Notes: generated by a model not told the origin, from the sequence alone. A DNA stretch of 63,531 bases, filler included, from Reticulomyxa filosa (GCA_000512085.1; 23 parts of 23 records of this genome joined end to end with filler, not necessarily neighbours in it), one strand, 5' to 3'; numbered from the whole stretch's first letter, positions 38,068 through 51,488 are shown. Translations and numbers: made by a program.

Positions 38068-39887
38068 ATGGATACAACAGAAGTAATTTCCATTCACGAA
38101 GATTTTTATTCATTTTACAAGAAATATAAGAAACTTGATGAAGTTGCTTCGGCCGGAGACCAAGCAATAATCGAGTGCATTGAGCTATTGCATTTGTTAG
38201 AGAAGCGAGTTGCAAAAGAGATGATATTTTCGAGTGGCGAAACAATAGAAGATGTACACACGGTAGTATTGAAGTTCGGACTAATTCCACACTACATGAG
38301 CGAATTGTACACGATCAAAAACCCCCCAAATCGAACACGTTGGCTTCGACTCTCGGACATGTACGCCAAGCAATTTATCAACCAATCTCACAACTGGAGC
38401 ATTTTATCAGTTGCGTGTGAGTGCAAGTGAACCCCAACAATATTCTTCCCCCCCCCTCCCAAAAAAAAAAAAAAATGTGCACGTGTAAGGAGGAAAAACA
38501 CCTTATTACCGCGTTTTCGCAACTTTGAAAAATTTGCACAAAGACAATTTTTTTTTATTAAAAAAAAAAAAATAAAAATAATAATAAAATATGAATTTTC
38601 AAATTTGTCATTTATGTAATGTTGAAATATAGGACGAAGATTTGAAAATATTTGAACGAGGATTCGGTGAGGATTGCCAAGAAAAGTTGGATCCATATGC
38701 CGCTCGAACGGAATTGGTTAAGCGCTATCGCATGGACCAAGAATGCGATGCGATATTGGAAAAGCTGTTAGGCGATAAGTCCTGTTACGATCTCAATGAA
38801 ATCTCAAATGATACACATTGGAAGTACTTTCGCGAAGAAGAAATGGAAAGAGAATTTTGGCTGGCTCTTTTCCAAAAAGCCATTCGACAATCTTTGCATA
38901 CCTTAAAGTTCTTTTTGTTTGTTTGTTTTTGAAAGGGGTCTTTAAAAAAAAAAAAAAAGTAGTGATGAATGAACTTTCTTTTTCTCCCTCTCTTATCTCT
39001 AATGTGTCTATTGTTTAACAGACAAAATGCAGAAGAACGCCCTTTGGCGGCAATGTCAGAAGAAATTGAGAAGAGCCAAGCCGTGCAAGCAGAAGAAAAA
39101 AAGTACACTGCAGGACAACAAGGAGCAGACAGTGGAAAAAATGACAAGCCTGGGAACGATTCCGACAATGTACTGGGCTCAAAAGTAGATATTGGACAAC
39201 GCACTTTTGAAAGATATCGTCTGCACGTTGAAAACCGTGGTGACCAACAAGGAAACAAGGCGGAAAAGTCCAAAGGCCCATCAATTACAGTCGTTGGCTC
39301 GAATGGTCGTATGAAGCGATTTGAGAATTTAGATGACTATGAAAAAAATGGATTGGACAAACGCGTTGACAATATTGTGCAAATGCGAACCAATCGAAAC
39401 CAAGTATTCAAAGACGCCAACCCTTGGACATATACTGCTGAAGAAGCTGCACAACTGGGATTATTACCTGAAATACCCAAAGACTATGACCAAAAAAGCA
39501 AAGATGTTGAGTTGATTGGAGAGAGGGGTGAGACAACGTATCAATTTTTTTTTGTGCACAAAGGTGCGTCTACAACGACAACGCACACCGCAAATATAGA
39601 AAAAAATGCGCAGTTATCAGCAGACCCATTATGGCCATCGTTGTCCTCATCAAGCAGCTGATGATGATGCCGATGATGGATCACAACTGAAAATGGGCGA
39701 AATTGAGTATCGCATGAGAGGTGAAATCAAAACTTTTACTATGGAAGATATGCCAAAAGAAGAGGAAGAAAAAGATCACGCCGATATGACTGAAGAAGAA
39801 TATGAAAATTGGATTCGGGAGACACGAGGTTGGGAAAATTGGAAAGATGATCACGAAAGAGGTATCGGAAATCCTTACTTCAGATAA
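38068..39887 (+). CDS. TAP42: TAP42/IGBP1 (alpha4) PP2A regulatory protein
   Basis: IFSSGETIEDVHTVVLKF, EEEMEREFWL and C-terminal RGWENWKDDHERGIGN; four exons. Confidence 0.92.
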
Positions 39888-40460
39888 AACATTTATCACT
39901 TTTTTCTCCATTGTCCCTAGTTGTTTTTTTTACTAACCAAATTAAACAAAAAGCGAATTTAGTTAAAGCTTTGTTTCTTTGGACGACTCAATTTGTTTCG
40001 TTTGGATGTTTTTGAGAAAAGTAAAAAAATTGAGTTCAATTGTTACGTCCTTCGTCAAATCACTACAACAATTAAAGCAGCATACAAATGTTGCTTACTT
40101 TTTAAATCGTAATTGTACCGATACTCATCCGAAAAAAGATAAGAATTATTTTGCATCGAAAAAAATTTTAATATATGTAGGTTTCTTGAGGGGGTAGATG
40201 TATTGAGGAGAAATTCTTGCGAAAATTGTCAGATGTTGTCTGAGAATAGCGTAACCGCCCTATTTTCTTTTCATTTTTTTATAAAATGAAAAATTTAAGT
40301 TTTACCCAAATTTGGACATAATTGATTTGGACAAAAAAATGTTATTTTTTGAAATGAAAAAAATTGAATGTAAAAATTTTCCCCTTTTTGAATGCTCACA
40401 ATGACATGGAAATCGTTTGTGGACAGATAAATCCTCCACAAGTCAAAAGAAGAGATTACC

Positions 40461-41548
40461 CTATTTTTGATTACTAGCCCCTTCATTTTTTTCTTTTTTG
40501 AAGGATACCATCAGCCTTTTTCTGCCAATTTGGTGTCCATTCATCATTTCGATGGCAATGGATGCATCTTGCTTGTTATTGAAATGAACAAAACCAAATC
40601 CTCTTGTTCTACCATCGTCTTGTCTCATTACATTTGCACGAACAGCTCCATAAGGAGCAAATAACTGCAACAGTCCTTGATCATCAATGTCTTCGGGTAG
40701 ATGAAACACAAACAATGCATGTTGTTTGCCATCAGAAACCCCGCCAGTGAAAGCACTTTGCAGAGCCGTAGCAAATGGATTGGCAAATGCCAACGGATTG
40801 ACTAAGGGGTTCAGGCCCATCGTCAATGCTGGGTTGATAGCCATTGCAGCCTGATGGTTTACCAAAGATTGAGAAGGTGAAGCAGCTCCGGCGCCTTTCG
40901 TATGATAATTACAAAGCAAAGCCACACAAAACACAAAAAGTTGAACGAGACTTGCAATTATTATATATATTTTGCGTTGTGCGTAAAACTCACTATTAAG
41001 GAAAAAGTTATTCAATCCGTATGCAGAGTAATCAGTGTCAGGAAGCCATCCCATAGGATACATCAAATTATAAGTGGATGGATCTGTGGCGACATTCCCT
41101 GGCCATGTATACGTGTTTATTTGTTTTAATTTTTGTGCAAGAAGGGTCTGTTGCTTGGCGTTGGCAAGTGCTTGCTTGGTTGCTAATGATTGCATTTGCT
41201 GTAACGCGATTGCATTTGCCTGTCAACCATCATAACCACACATTTTGCATGTATGCATAACATACGTAATTTTTTTTAGTATGCGTTGAGCTGTCTCGTC
41301 GACATAAAAGAATAAACAAACAAAAAAAAAAGAACTTCAGCATATGATTTTAGTGGATCAAATCTTGTTTCACTTGACATCTGACTGGTGCCACGACCAG
41401 CACCGTAGCTTGTTGGCAGCGAAGTGCCATTGGTGATTAATCTTTTGTCGTCAGTTGCTTCCCCTTGGCTCACACTTTGATTATTTCCATTTAAGGCTTC
41501 AGTATAAGCGTTTATTGAATCGCTGATTGATTTGTATGCTGATTCCAT
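40461..41548 (-). CDS. Single-RRM RNA-binding protein, CELF/Bruno RRM3-like
   Basis: LFVFHLPEDIDDQGLLQLFAPYG...RGFGFVHF...AIEMMNGHQIGRKRLMVSFK; three exons. Confidence 0.85.
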
Positions 41549-42445
41549 AGTATGCTTTTTGTTTTCTAATCTATTTATTTCGCTTCACAACAAAAACACA
41601 AAAAAACTCTAACCCCTTTTTTTTTAAAAAGAAACACGCAAATGCGCAAATACAAAAATTTATCGCCCCCCCTTTCGGTCAAAATATAATGTCACACAAA
41701 AATAAAAGCAAAAAATTCATAGATTCAATTCAATTTTTTTGTTTTGTTTTTTATCTTTAAAATCGTGTAAATTTTTATTTGTTCGTTCTATATTTTTGCA
41801 ACTTTAAAAAAAAGTTTTTTTAATCGGTTTAGTTTTTGACGGTGTTTACATTGGTGGAATGACAGCAACATGCCTTTGTCTTTACGCATTCCTGTGCTTG
41901 TTTTCAGCAGGCGAAGAAGTACAGAAAAAGGACGAAAAAATAAATAGAGAAATAGATGTATGAGCAAATGAAAAAAATAAATAGTAAAAAAGTGGTAGTG
42001 ATGACGAAAACAAAAATAAAAAAAAAGGCAAAAGAAGTCATAGATAACAGAGCGCAGAAAATGAGAATAAATCCAAGTACGGGAATTATAAAAAAAGAAA
42101 AACATACGAGACAAGTTCTTTCATTCGTTATTTTACAAAAAAAAATCCTAAATTACAAACAATACGTGAAAACGTCACACACCTTATAGTTAAATTTGTA
42201 CAGGAACAATGCCACGATATAATTCAAGGCGAAATCTGGAACTTTTCAAAATAAAAAAAAAAGGGACAAGCAATACAACTTGCGTTCCAAAAAAAAATAA
42301 GTAATTTAAGAATACTCGTGGCGTGTAATCGTTTTACAGTAATGGATTCCGCGTAGTGTTTTTGTGTAGGGGCATTGCCTCTTTTTGTGGTACGCGTTCC
42401 CTTTTTTTAATTGAGGCTAATAATAAATAAGCTGAAACAGATCCA

Positions 42446-43887
42446 ATGTCGTCCACGGATTTAAGTAAGTATTTGGGATATTGTTTGTGATTTCTCTCTC
42501 TCTCTCTAGCTCATAAATCTTGAACATGATTTCCTTTAAAAAACTGCACGTCGGAACTGGACGAATGAACAGCTTTGGAAAAGGCGACCGAGGAACTGGA
42601 AGCGGTGATAGAAGAGGACGGTCGAACCCGAGTGGACAAGCTGAATAACCTATTAAACATCTGCAAGGACTTTAGTAAACCTTCGGATTGGGATCCACCC
42701 AACAACGTTTCCGTTCGTCTTCTAAAAATGTGAGTTTGTTTGGAAAAATGAGGATTACAAGCCCATGAACGACACTTAAAATTTTTTCAATCTCGACAAA
42801 AAAAAAAAAAAAACAAAAAAAAAACTCCAAGGTCCCCTTTTCATTTCAAATTTATATAATTCGAAGTTTGAATAAACAATTGGATCAAACTTTATCTCAC
42901 CCTTTTAGTCTGAATCAAAAACCAGTATCAATGAAAAAGGGGAACAATATAAAGTTTTAAAAATTGAACTTTTTGTTTGACTTTGCCAAAAAAAAAAAAA
43001 AAAAAAATGAACTTGTATAGCATTCGATTGTTTTGGTGGACCGAGACCGTGCGGTTCGTTTGAATGGCGCTCGCGCGATTCGGTATTTGACATGGGACAA
43101 AAGCGTACTGTTGGACATAATAAAAGTGAATATTCCGATTTTGATGTGTCGGTGTTTGGAAAGAGAGAGCGAGGAGAAAAAATACTTTTGGGAACGAATG
43201 CAAGCCTTCAAGTGGGCGAGACACATCATGGACATTGCTCCGGTGGACGTACCAAGATGTGTTGTCATGTCGCTAGTAGCCATTGTTGGCATTCCAAAGG
43301 ATGAGTTTAAATCTGTTGCTTTGGACACTTTGAGAGAATTGAGTTCTGTTTTTTTTTTTTTTTAAAATATACAATGGACAATAAACAAGAACGTTGGTTC
43401 TTCCCTTGCTTCCTCCCCCTTTTTTTTTTTTTTTTTTTATTTTTTTTTTTGAAATGGAATGTCCCACATATACATATACATATATGTATATGTATATGTG
43501 TAAAAATATCGGTATATAAATATCCCTCCTCCTCTTTGCTTGCTTGTTGGGAACAGCTTTGAAAAATCCATTGCTCGTTGCTCAATGCAATGGCATCAAA
43601 GCAATGATCGATGTGATATTGGATAGCAATTTGAAGGACTCGGCCCACACGTACACACTGACACTGCTCTACATGATTGATCACCCCAGCACAAGGCGGT
43701 TTTTGAGACACTCTTTGGATATTCGCGCTCTGCTGGCCCCCTTTTGGGCCCCCGAGTCAGTGCCCAAACCAAATATGCCAAAGAAAGACAGAGAGGCGGA
43801 AGAGGAAGCACAAAGGAATCGAGAAGTTGTTTCTCACAAAGTTTCGTACAATGAACGATGTTTTGGGGTTTCAATTGTGTGTAATAC

Positions 43888-43931
<44 letters not shown>

Positions 43932-44234
43932 TGTATGTATATATAATTTGCACATGTAATTGCATGTATGAATGTGTATGTATAAATTTGCATGCGGATC
44001 AGACGCTGATGACAATGTTCAAGTCAGTCACTGGGATATTATATTTGGCCAGTGACCCGTACGGATTGAAGCCATTGGTGGAACTGATTCGATTGCCTAG
44101 TCAGGTGACGGCGATGACATGGTCGAGAAAACGTCTGTTTGACGTGTTGGAACAAATCTTGCAGCCTTTGTCCGACAGCAAAAAAATTGAAGACGCCAGA
44201 GGACCGAACTTGATTGTCAATTACATTGTCATGG
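42446..44234 (+). CDS. RICTOR: RICTOR/Pianissimo/Avo3 (TORC2 subunit), N-terminal part
   Basis: VRLNGARAIRYL, ERMQAFKWARHIM, VVMSLVAI, TLLYMIDHPSTRRFL. Exons about 42446-42464, 42573-42729, 43021-43342, 43558-43840 and 44003-44234. Confidence 0.92.
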
Positions 44235-44437
44235 TTTAATTGCATTTTAAAAATGGATTGATTGAAGTTTTGCAAAAAAAAAAAAAATAGTTTTTTTTTT
44301 TTTTTTTTTTTTTTTTTNNNNNNNNNNNNNNNNNNNNNNNNNNNNNNNNNNNNNNNNNNNNTTAATTAATTAANNNNNNNNNNNNNNNNNNNNNNNNNNN
44401 NNNNNNNNNNNNNNNNNAAAAAAAAAAAAAAAAAAAA

Positions 44438-44792
44438 GATGGTGATAATGAGGCATGGCTATTGAATGATTTTTATGACAGCGAATGGTACGGGTCCCCT
44501 CTTCGAGGCTCATTTCCAATAGGATGGACAGTAAGCGGGTCTGTGACCGACTTTGCGCAGCCTGTGTTGCAGCAAATACTCCAAGACGCGACGGCCAATG
44601 ACTCGTTCATTATGGCGCCCTCTGGTCTTGGCTACTCGTATATCAATGACTTCCCTCCACGTGAAATACCCATCTATGCAAATAGCACTGCCATCCGTGC
44701 GAGCAGAACAAGTTATCTCGTTTGGACAATCTTTGTATATACATATATGCATATATGCTTTGCTTTTATATTGTATTTGTATTGTTGTTTGT

Positions 44793-44835
<43 letters not shown>

Positions 44836-45337
44836 CTATATGTAATGATTTGTCCATTTTTTTGTTTTCTCTGTCGTCATATGGGGGTGGGGTCGGGGAA
44901 TGGATATAGAACAAAGTATAGTGAATTTTATTGATGACTGGGGAAATCCTAATGGCTACAGCTCTCATGTAAATACTTTTTTAAGCAGTTCTCCTGACGT
45001 GCCCCGCAATATTGACGCGATTTTTTATTACGCTTATAAAAACTATGCTCTGTTAAATGGCAGTGTCTTTTGGTGGAATAACGAGATCCCGATCGTTGGT
45101 GCAAAGCAATTGCTCTGGCAAGGCTTCAACTCTCCACACGAATTGGCCATGAAGTTGAACAATTATACTACCAACTCCTCCAATCCTCAGTCCTATTCGT
45201 TGATCCCTGTCCATGTCTGGAGTATGAATATGACCGCAGTTCAACAGTGCATTAGCTACTTGAGTCCACATGTCAAAGTTGTGTCACCTTATCAATTGTT
45301 AGAACTCATTTACGCCAACGTTCAACCTACTGCTTAA
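44438..45337 (+). CDS. GxGYxYP-family putative glycoside hydrolase, C-terminal domain; 5'-truncated
   Basis: DGDN, RGSFPIGWT, NDSFIMAPSGLGYSY, YSLIPVHVWS and VKVVSP motifs; one intron at about 44720-44915. Confidence 0.88.
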
Positions 45338-46177
45338 CGTGTTCGCTTTTTTTTTTTTTCCCCCATTAGTGTCAAAAAATTTAATTAATCATAACAAGAC
45401 GAGGTAATCATAGCACAAAATAGTGTCTTACAATTTTTTTNNNNNNNNNNNNNNNNNNNNNNNNNNNNNNNNNNNNNNNNNNNNTTAATTAATTAANNNN
45501 NNNNNNNNNNNNNNNNNNNNNNNNNNNNNNNNNNNNNNNNAAAAAAAAAAAAAAGAAACCTTTTTTCTATTCATTAAGACATAATTTACAACTCATAAAT
45601 ATTTACTTCAAAAAATGTTAAAGTTGTAATTTTTTTGAATATTTTGACATTTTTTGACAAAATAACTTAAAAAAAGCAAAAAATTAAAAAACATTTTATT
45701 TGTGCTTGTGCAATCGTGATTCCAAAAACAACTTAATTAAAAATTATAATTGTTTTTTTGAAATGAATCCCTAATCAAATATTCACTTTTTCTTGGTTAA
45801 TGATTTTCCTCTGGAAGAGAAAAAGTTCTCATGGCTTAACTAAATGAAGTAATAAGTATAATTTGTTGAAATTTTTTGATCAAGTTATAGTTGTTAACAA
45901 AATTGAACACAAGTTTCAGGTTCACAGAGGGATATTATTAGCTGTAATTAGATAAGATATTTTATAGGCATTCACATAAATAAAGATTAAAAGTCTTCGT
46001 TATGATTATAGAAAATTTTTCAAAGTATTTCGACACCTATTAAGACGTCACCAGAAGAATAAAAACACGTAAACGTAATGGATATTAATTTGTTTTTAAA
46101 ACACCAACAGTAAAACTGATAAAAATTCTTGTTTTGTGGACGCTTTACGTTGAACCCTTAAACGACAAAAAAAAAAC

Positions 46178-46818
46178 ATGTGGCGGTCTCTGCCACAATC
46201 GTCCTTCGCCTGTGACGAAAAATGTATTTGTTCTGCCATGGATTAGACAATCACGTGGGTTATTTTTTAAAAAGAAGCGTGAATTAATATCGCCTCCACC
46301 ACTAGCACTGAATGAGATTGACCACGACAACTTGGTGATTTTCAATACGAAAAAAGCAAAGACAAAGCCGAGTTACGACGGGAAGGAAGCTTTAATACTG
46401 GGTCAGACTTTCACAGACCATATATTGACACTGCAATGGGATAACGATTATGGATGGAAGGATCCGGCAATCGTGCCATATAATGAAAATAAGATATTTA
46501 ACAAAATGGACCTCGCATCATCGGTCTTCCATTATGGGATGCAATCCCACCAAACACTGATCGCCTCACTGGATAAGAATGGTAAGTATGTGCGAATCTT
46601 CCGTCCAAAGTTTCAAATCCAAAATCTATTATACACATGCGAGCCAATGTTTTTTCCAACCTTTGATGGCAATGAGTTTTTGAATTGTTTATATGATTTA
46701 TTGCGTTTGGAAAAGTCTTGGATTCCTCCATCGAATTTTAACACCCACAATTACAATCCAATGTAAATGTGCAACATGTAAGTTGTAATATGATATCGAC
46801 CGATTCCATGAATGTGCA
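46178..46818 (+). pseudogene. Branched-chain amino acid aminotransferase-like N-terminal half, degenerate
   Basis: LGQTFTDHIL...GWKDPAIVPY...ASSVFHYG...RIFRP...PTFDGNEFLNCLYDLLRLEKSWIP; conserved motifs lost, with frameshifts near both ends. Confidence 0.75.
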
Positions 46819-46918
46819 NNNNNNNNNNNNNNNNNNNNNNNNNNNNNNNNNNNNNNNNNNNNTTAATTAATTAANNNNNNNNNNNNNNNNNNNNNNNNNN
46901 NNNNNNNNNNNNNNNNNN

Positions 46919-48051
46919 GTTAGATCTTGCAATGGAAAAATTCGCCGATTATAAAAAATTAACAGATAACTTCATGATAGTTTTATGTAGTTATGTTGAA
47001 AAACCTCCTATGGAATTAGATACACTTTATGAGTTTTGTAGAAACTTGGATCGTTATTACCTTTCAGATTTAGACACAAAATTTGAAAAAGAAAAAAATT
47101 GTTGAGTGGTTCCAGCAAGGAATTTCAATTGATGGTGGATAGAGAGAAAAGTGAACTATTTCATATAATGTGGAAAAGGCAAACAACACACAACTCAGAT
47201 CCGATTTCTATCATTGTGAGTATATTTAAACAGGCAGATTCGGATTGGGGTAATTTGATTTCCAAAATTAGGAACAATACATTGCAGTATATCGATTTAG
47301 AGCCATACAAGATTACAAACTGGAAATTGGAGATGAACATTTTGTTTTCCGACACCAAACACCAAGAAAAGAACACAGCGCAAGATTATTCACAAAACAT
47401 AGAGAACGCTCTTATTTTTTTAGAAACAGAAGAACACTGGAAACTATTAAAAAAAGCAACCGACATAATTCAAAATATCCATCAAATTAAAACTACTGTT
47501 GATGACAAAGACTGGCACAATTTTGTAGAAATTATTGACCAATCAGAAAAAAAAGATACAAACATCCATAAAGAAGGCATCAGGATGGTATTTAAAATGT
47601 AAAGATTATTTTGGGGATATTTCAGATAAAAAAGATATGTTGGAACTCATTTGCAATAATAAGGAAAAAATACAAGCTTTAGCAAATGATGAGATTTTTA
47701 CAAACAGACAACAATTTGAAATTTTAACAAAAAGAATGGATGACTCTCAAAATGAAAAATTTCGCCAATTGGCTGGCACATTGCCGGAGGTCAATGAAAA
47801 AATGAAAGAAAAAATCTGGGATATCAATTTTCGATCAAGCTATGAATTGGCAAAAGCTATACTTACACTCTCCGAACAAAAAAGCAAGTTCGGTAACAAG
47901 TTGGCGAATTGTTTGAACATGGATTTTGAAGGACTTTTTGGCTTGGTCGAGGAAGGCGATCAGTTATCAGTAGTAAAAGGGCTTGGGCAATTCGAACGAG
48001 CAGGTCAAACAGGAAAATGGGTATTGGATGATTATGAAACAATTTTTGGTC
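46919..48051 (+). CDS. Internal fragment of a large helical protein (two frameshifts), possibly RNF213-like
   Basis: Continuous intronless coding sequence across the contig; ORFs 47099..47602 and 47535..48051 overlap by a frameshift. Confidence 0.55.
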
Positions 48052-48547
48052 NNNNNNNNNNNNNNNNNNNNNNNNNNNNNNNNNNNNNNNNNNNNTTAAT
48101 TAATTAANNNNNNNNNNNNNNNNNNNNNNNNNNNNNNNNNNNNNNNNNNNNGATTTTTTTCCCTTTCACAAAGGGAAAAATTTTTTTCCAAAAAATTCCA
48201 ATAATTTCCAATAACTCCCAAACTTTTCCAATTCCAATCCAATAATTCACCGAGGATGGTGGGCAGTTCTTGGCAAATATTAACCACTGCCACAGTTTGG
48301 GTTTTCCAATGTCTCCAATACCCAACTCTTTCCAACCAACAAATTTCCACAGAAAATTTCCAACCACTGCCACAGGTCGAAAATGACCAACTTTTTTTCC
48401 AAAATAAACTTCAAAAACCGAAAGATGTCGGTGTCTGGCAACTTCTTGAGCACAAATGACCTTCAAAAAACAACTTTTTTTCAGTTAAGTTGAAAATGAT
48501 AATGAAGGTGGTAGAGTTTTTTTTTTTTTTTTTTTTGATGTTAACGA

Positions 48548-48975
48548 GATGTGCAATCAATTACAATTATTACAGCAAAGTCTGGATGAAGTATCCATTT
48601 GGTCGAATAAATGGAAGATGTTACTTGCAGCTGATAAGGAGCATTGTATCACATTCAGACATCAGAATAAAATCAAATTCCTAAAATCAAACCCGAAGGA
48701 ATGCGGTCATGTGAAGTATCTTGGATTGTTCCTTGATTCTCATATGACGTATCCAAGCATGTTAATTACATCCGTCCGAGTCTCGAGTATGCATCAGCAT
48801 TTTGGAATGGTGCGGCGGACACTCATAAAAAGCGATTAGAAAGGATACAAAGGATTGCAATTTGTCGAATTCTTGGTTTAATGAACCAGACCGCCTGTGA
48901 CACTGTCAATGTAATCTCACAACTTCCTCCTCTCGACGAAGACAAAAAGAAGTGAAGCTATACAATAAGTGTAGT
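48548..48975 (+). mobile_element. Non-LTR retrotransposon (LINE) reverse transcriptase C-terminal remnant
   Basis: LQQSLDEVSIWSNKWKM, VKYLGLFLDSHMT, then after a shift and deletion RPSLEYASAFW...RLERIQRIAICRILG. Confidence 0.88.
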
Positions 48976-51488
48976 TGAAACTTTCAAGATATCTGAGATT
49001 ACGAGTTTGCGCAAGATCAAAGATTTACAAGATACCGAACGAAACAGCGAAAAGGGCTTTCGAAACATAACAATAATGAATGTTGCACAAAATTGAACCA
49101 CTTTTCTATTAAATGAGCAATTCCTGAATAATCATGGATTAAATCCCTATTTCACATGGCAATGGAATAGACATTGGATATTTGAAGGAGTGGATAACCC
49201 AAGACATGTGATGCCACAATATTTCTTATCTAACCTGATGGAAGCACAATCATTNNNNNNNNNNNNNNNNNNNNNNNNNNNNNNNNNNNNNNNNNNNNTT
49301 AATTAATTAANNNNNNNNNNNNNNNNNNNNNNNNNNNNNNNNNNNNNNNNNNNNTTTTATTATTTCTTTTGAAGGTTCAGCATTTGACTAGATATTCAAC
49401 AAAACAATTCAATGTAAACACGGGTATATCACAAGTTTTCTTTATAAAATAAGATTGTTGAAAATTTGCCAACATCAAATTGACCAGCACTGCATTGTTT
49501 TGTTGTAATATATCAATACTGTAATTTTATCGTAAGAAAATCACACATTATTGTTGGACCAGAGAAAACTGTTTTTCAGTTGAAGAAACAACAATAGATC
49601 ACAAATAAGCAGAATAAAAATAGACAATATCATAATCACATAAGATGTGTGACAATTGTCAACATATCTATCTGCAGAATCGATTGCATCTTCAATTGGT
49701 TTCCACTTCCATATTGGATGCATGCACATATATTATCACATTACCAATTAACTTAAAGATATTGTGAATTGTTATTAATCTTTTCTCTCTTTTTGCTCCT
49801 CTTTATGTAGTAACATAATTTCAGAAATAATAAACTTGTGGTTAATGTATGATGAAAATGAGATGCATGTACCATATTGAAAATTTTTGAAAGGAAAAAT
49901 AATGAATTATAGTTATTATTGTCAATAAAAAATATTGAAAACAAGAAGGATTTGTAAAAGACAAAATTTATATCATTTATTTCAAATAACAATAATACAA
50001 AGTGAAGAAGCAACTCGATAATTATAGATTTGACAAATGAATAAATAAAAAAAAAATTTTAAATTGAAAATTATGATAAGTTGAAGAGTTCCTTAAAAAG
50101 GGTCTAGTTCCAGATTTTTTATTTTTGTATGTTGCATCATTTGTTTTCTTCATTGTTTCCAAAGTTTACAAGGATAGAATTTACACTCCCGGATTGCCGA
50201 AGAAATTCTGTGTACGAAAGTAGTCGAAAGAGTTCAAAGAGATTATAATGATCTTTTTTCATTGAAAAATATTTTCGATCTATATGCACAAGATATCAAA
50301 ACAATCAGGCAGCACCAAAGAATAGCTTACAAAGATCTTTATCTAAGCAATCATTTGAGATACTTTAGATTTTTTTCGAGACAGTCAAAACTTTGACTTT
50401 TGCACTGTTTCNNNNNNNNNNNNNNNNNNNNNNNNNNNNNNNNNNNNNNNNNNNNTTAATTAATTAANNNNNNNNNNNNNNNNNNNNNNNNNNNNNNNNN
50501 NNNNNNNNNNNAAAAAAAAAACTACCGAACGGACAATTTGTTTCACCTTTAGTAAATTGTAGAATTTTTTTGTAAACAATAATTATTGACAAGTGTCTTT
50601 TTTTTTATGAAATGTGCACAATTTATTGTTGGTACTGACCATATCCATCCGCTTTAGTATGAAAAGGGATGAGAGAAGTGTTCTTTTATGTGTCTTGTCG
50701 GATTGTCTAGATAGCTTGTAAGTTAATAAACTTACAAATAATTTTGACAACACGACTAAGATAAAACCATTTTCTTATGTAAATAATACAGAAAGAACGT
50801 GTTAATTGTTGATGTTTTTTTCCATTATCTTTCTGAATATTATTGCATATTGCAACATTAATTATTATCTAAAAAAATACACTATACAATTTACAAAGTA
50901 AGTATCACTAGATGGAAAATACAAAAAAGGAACTAGGCATTAACTCGAATTACCGTAACTAAATCAAAAGTGCATAGTCATAATAAAAGAATAACAGAAT
51001 AGACTCAGTATTTTTGAACATATTCCACAAAAACTGAAAAGTGGTGCTGACACAGATCAATTGTACGTGTTGGTGATTACATTAAAATGGTGAATCAACA
51101 TTATAAAATAAGGCAATTTATTCTGACTACTTACGCTTTTACAAGTTTTCTTTTACACTGTTAAGACGATTAATAAGCAAAAAAAATTGATAAAATAAAA
51201 CTACAGTTGTTTTACATTACATTTTAAAGATTTATCAAAAAGGAATTTGCATTTTTTTAAGTACTACCACTTATCAACAAATTACATATAACGAATTCTT
51301 TTAATTACTCGTCAAGCCATTTTATATGAATAATTTTTTCAAGAATTTTTTAGCTATTTAAACAATAGAAAAAAAAAACAATAAAGTTTAGTAACGATTT
51401 TAAATGTTTTGTCAAGGTGGCAAGAACGTTAAAACTGACATCCTCCTTCCGAACAAAGGTTTTTTTGATTCGACATCATTTTTGGATC

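Noticed and set aside
49355-50411. Minus-strand coding-like scraps
   Set aside because: Too fragmented to assign a product.
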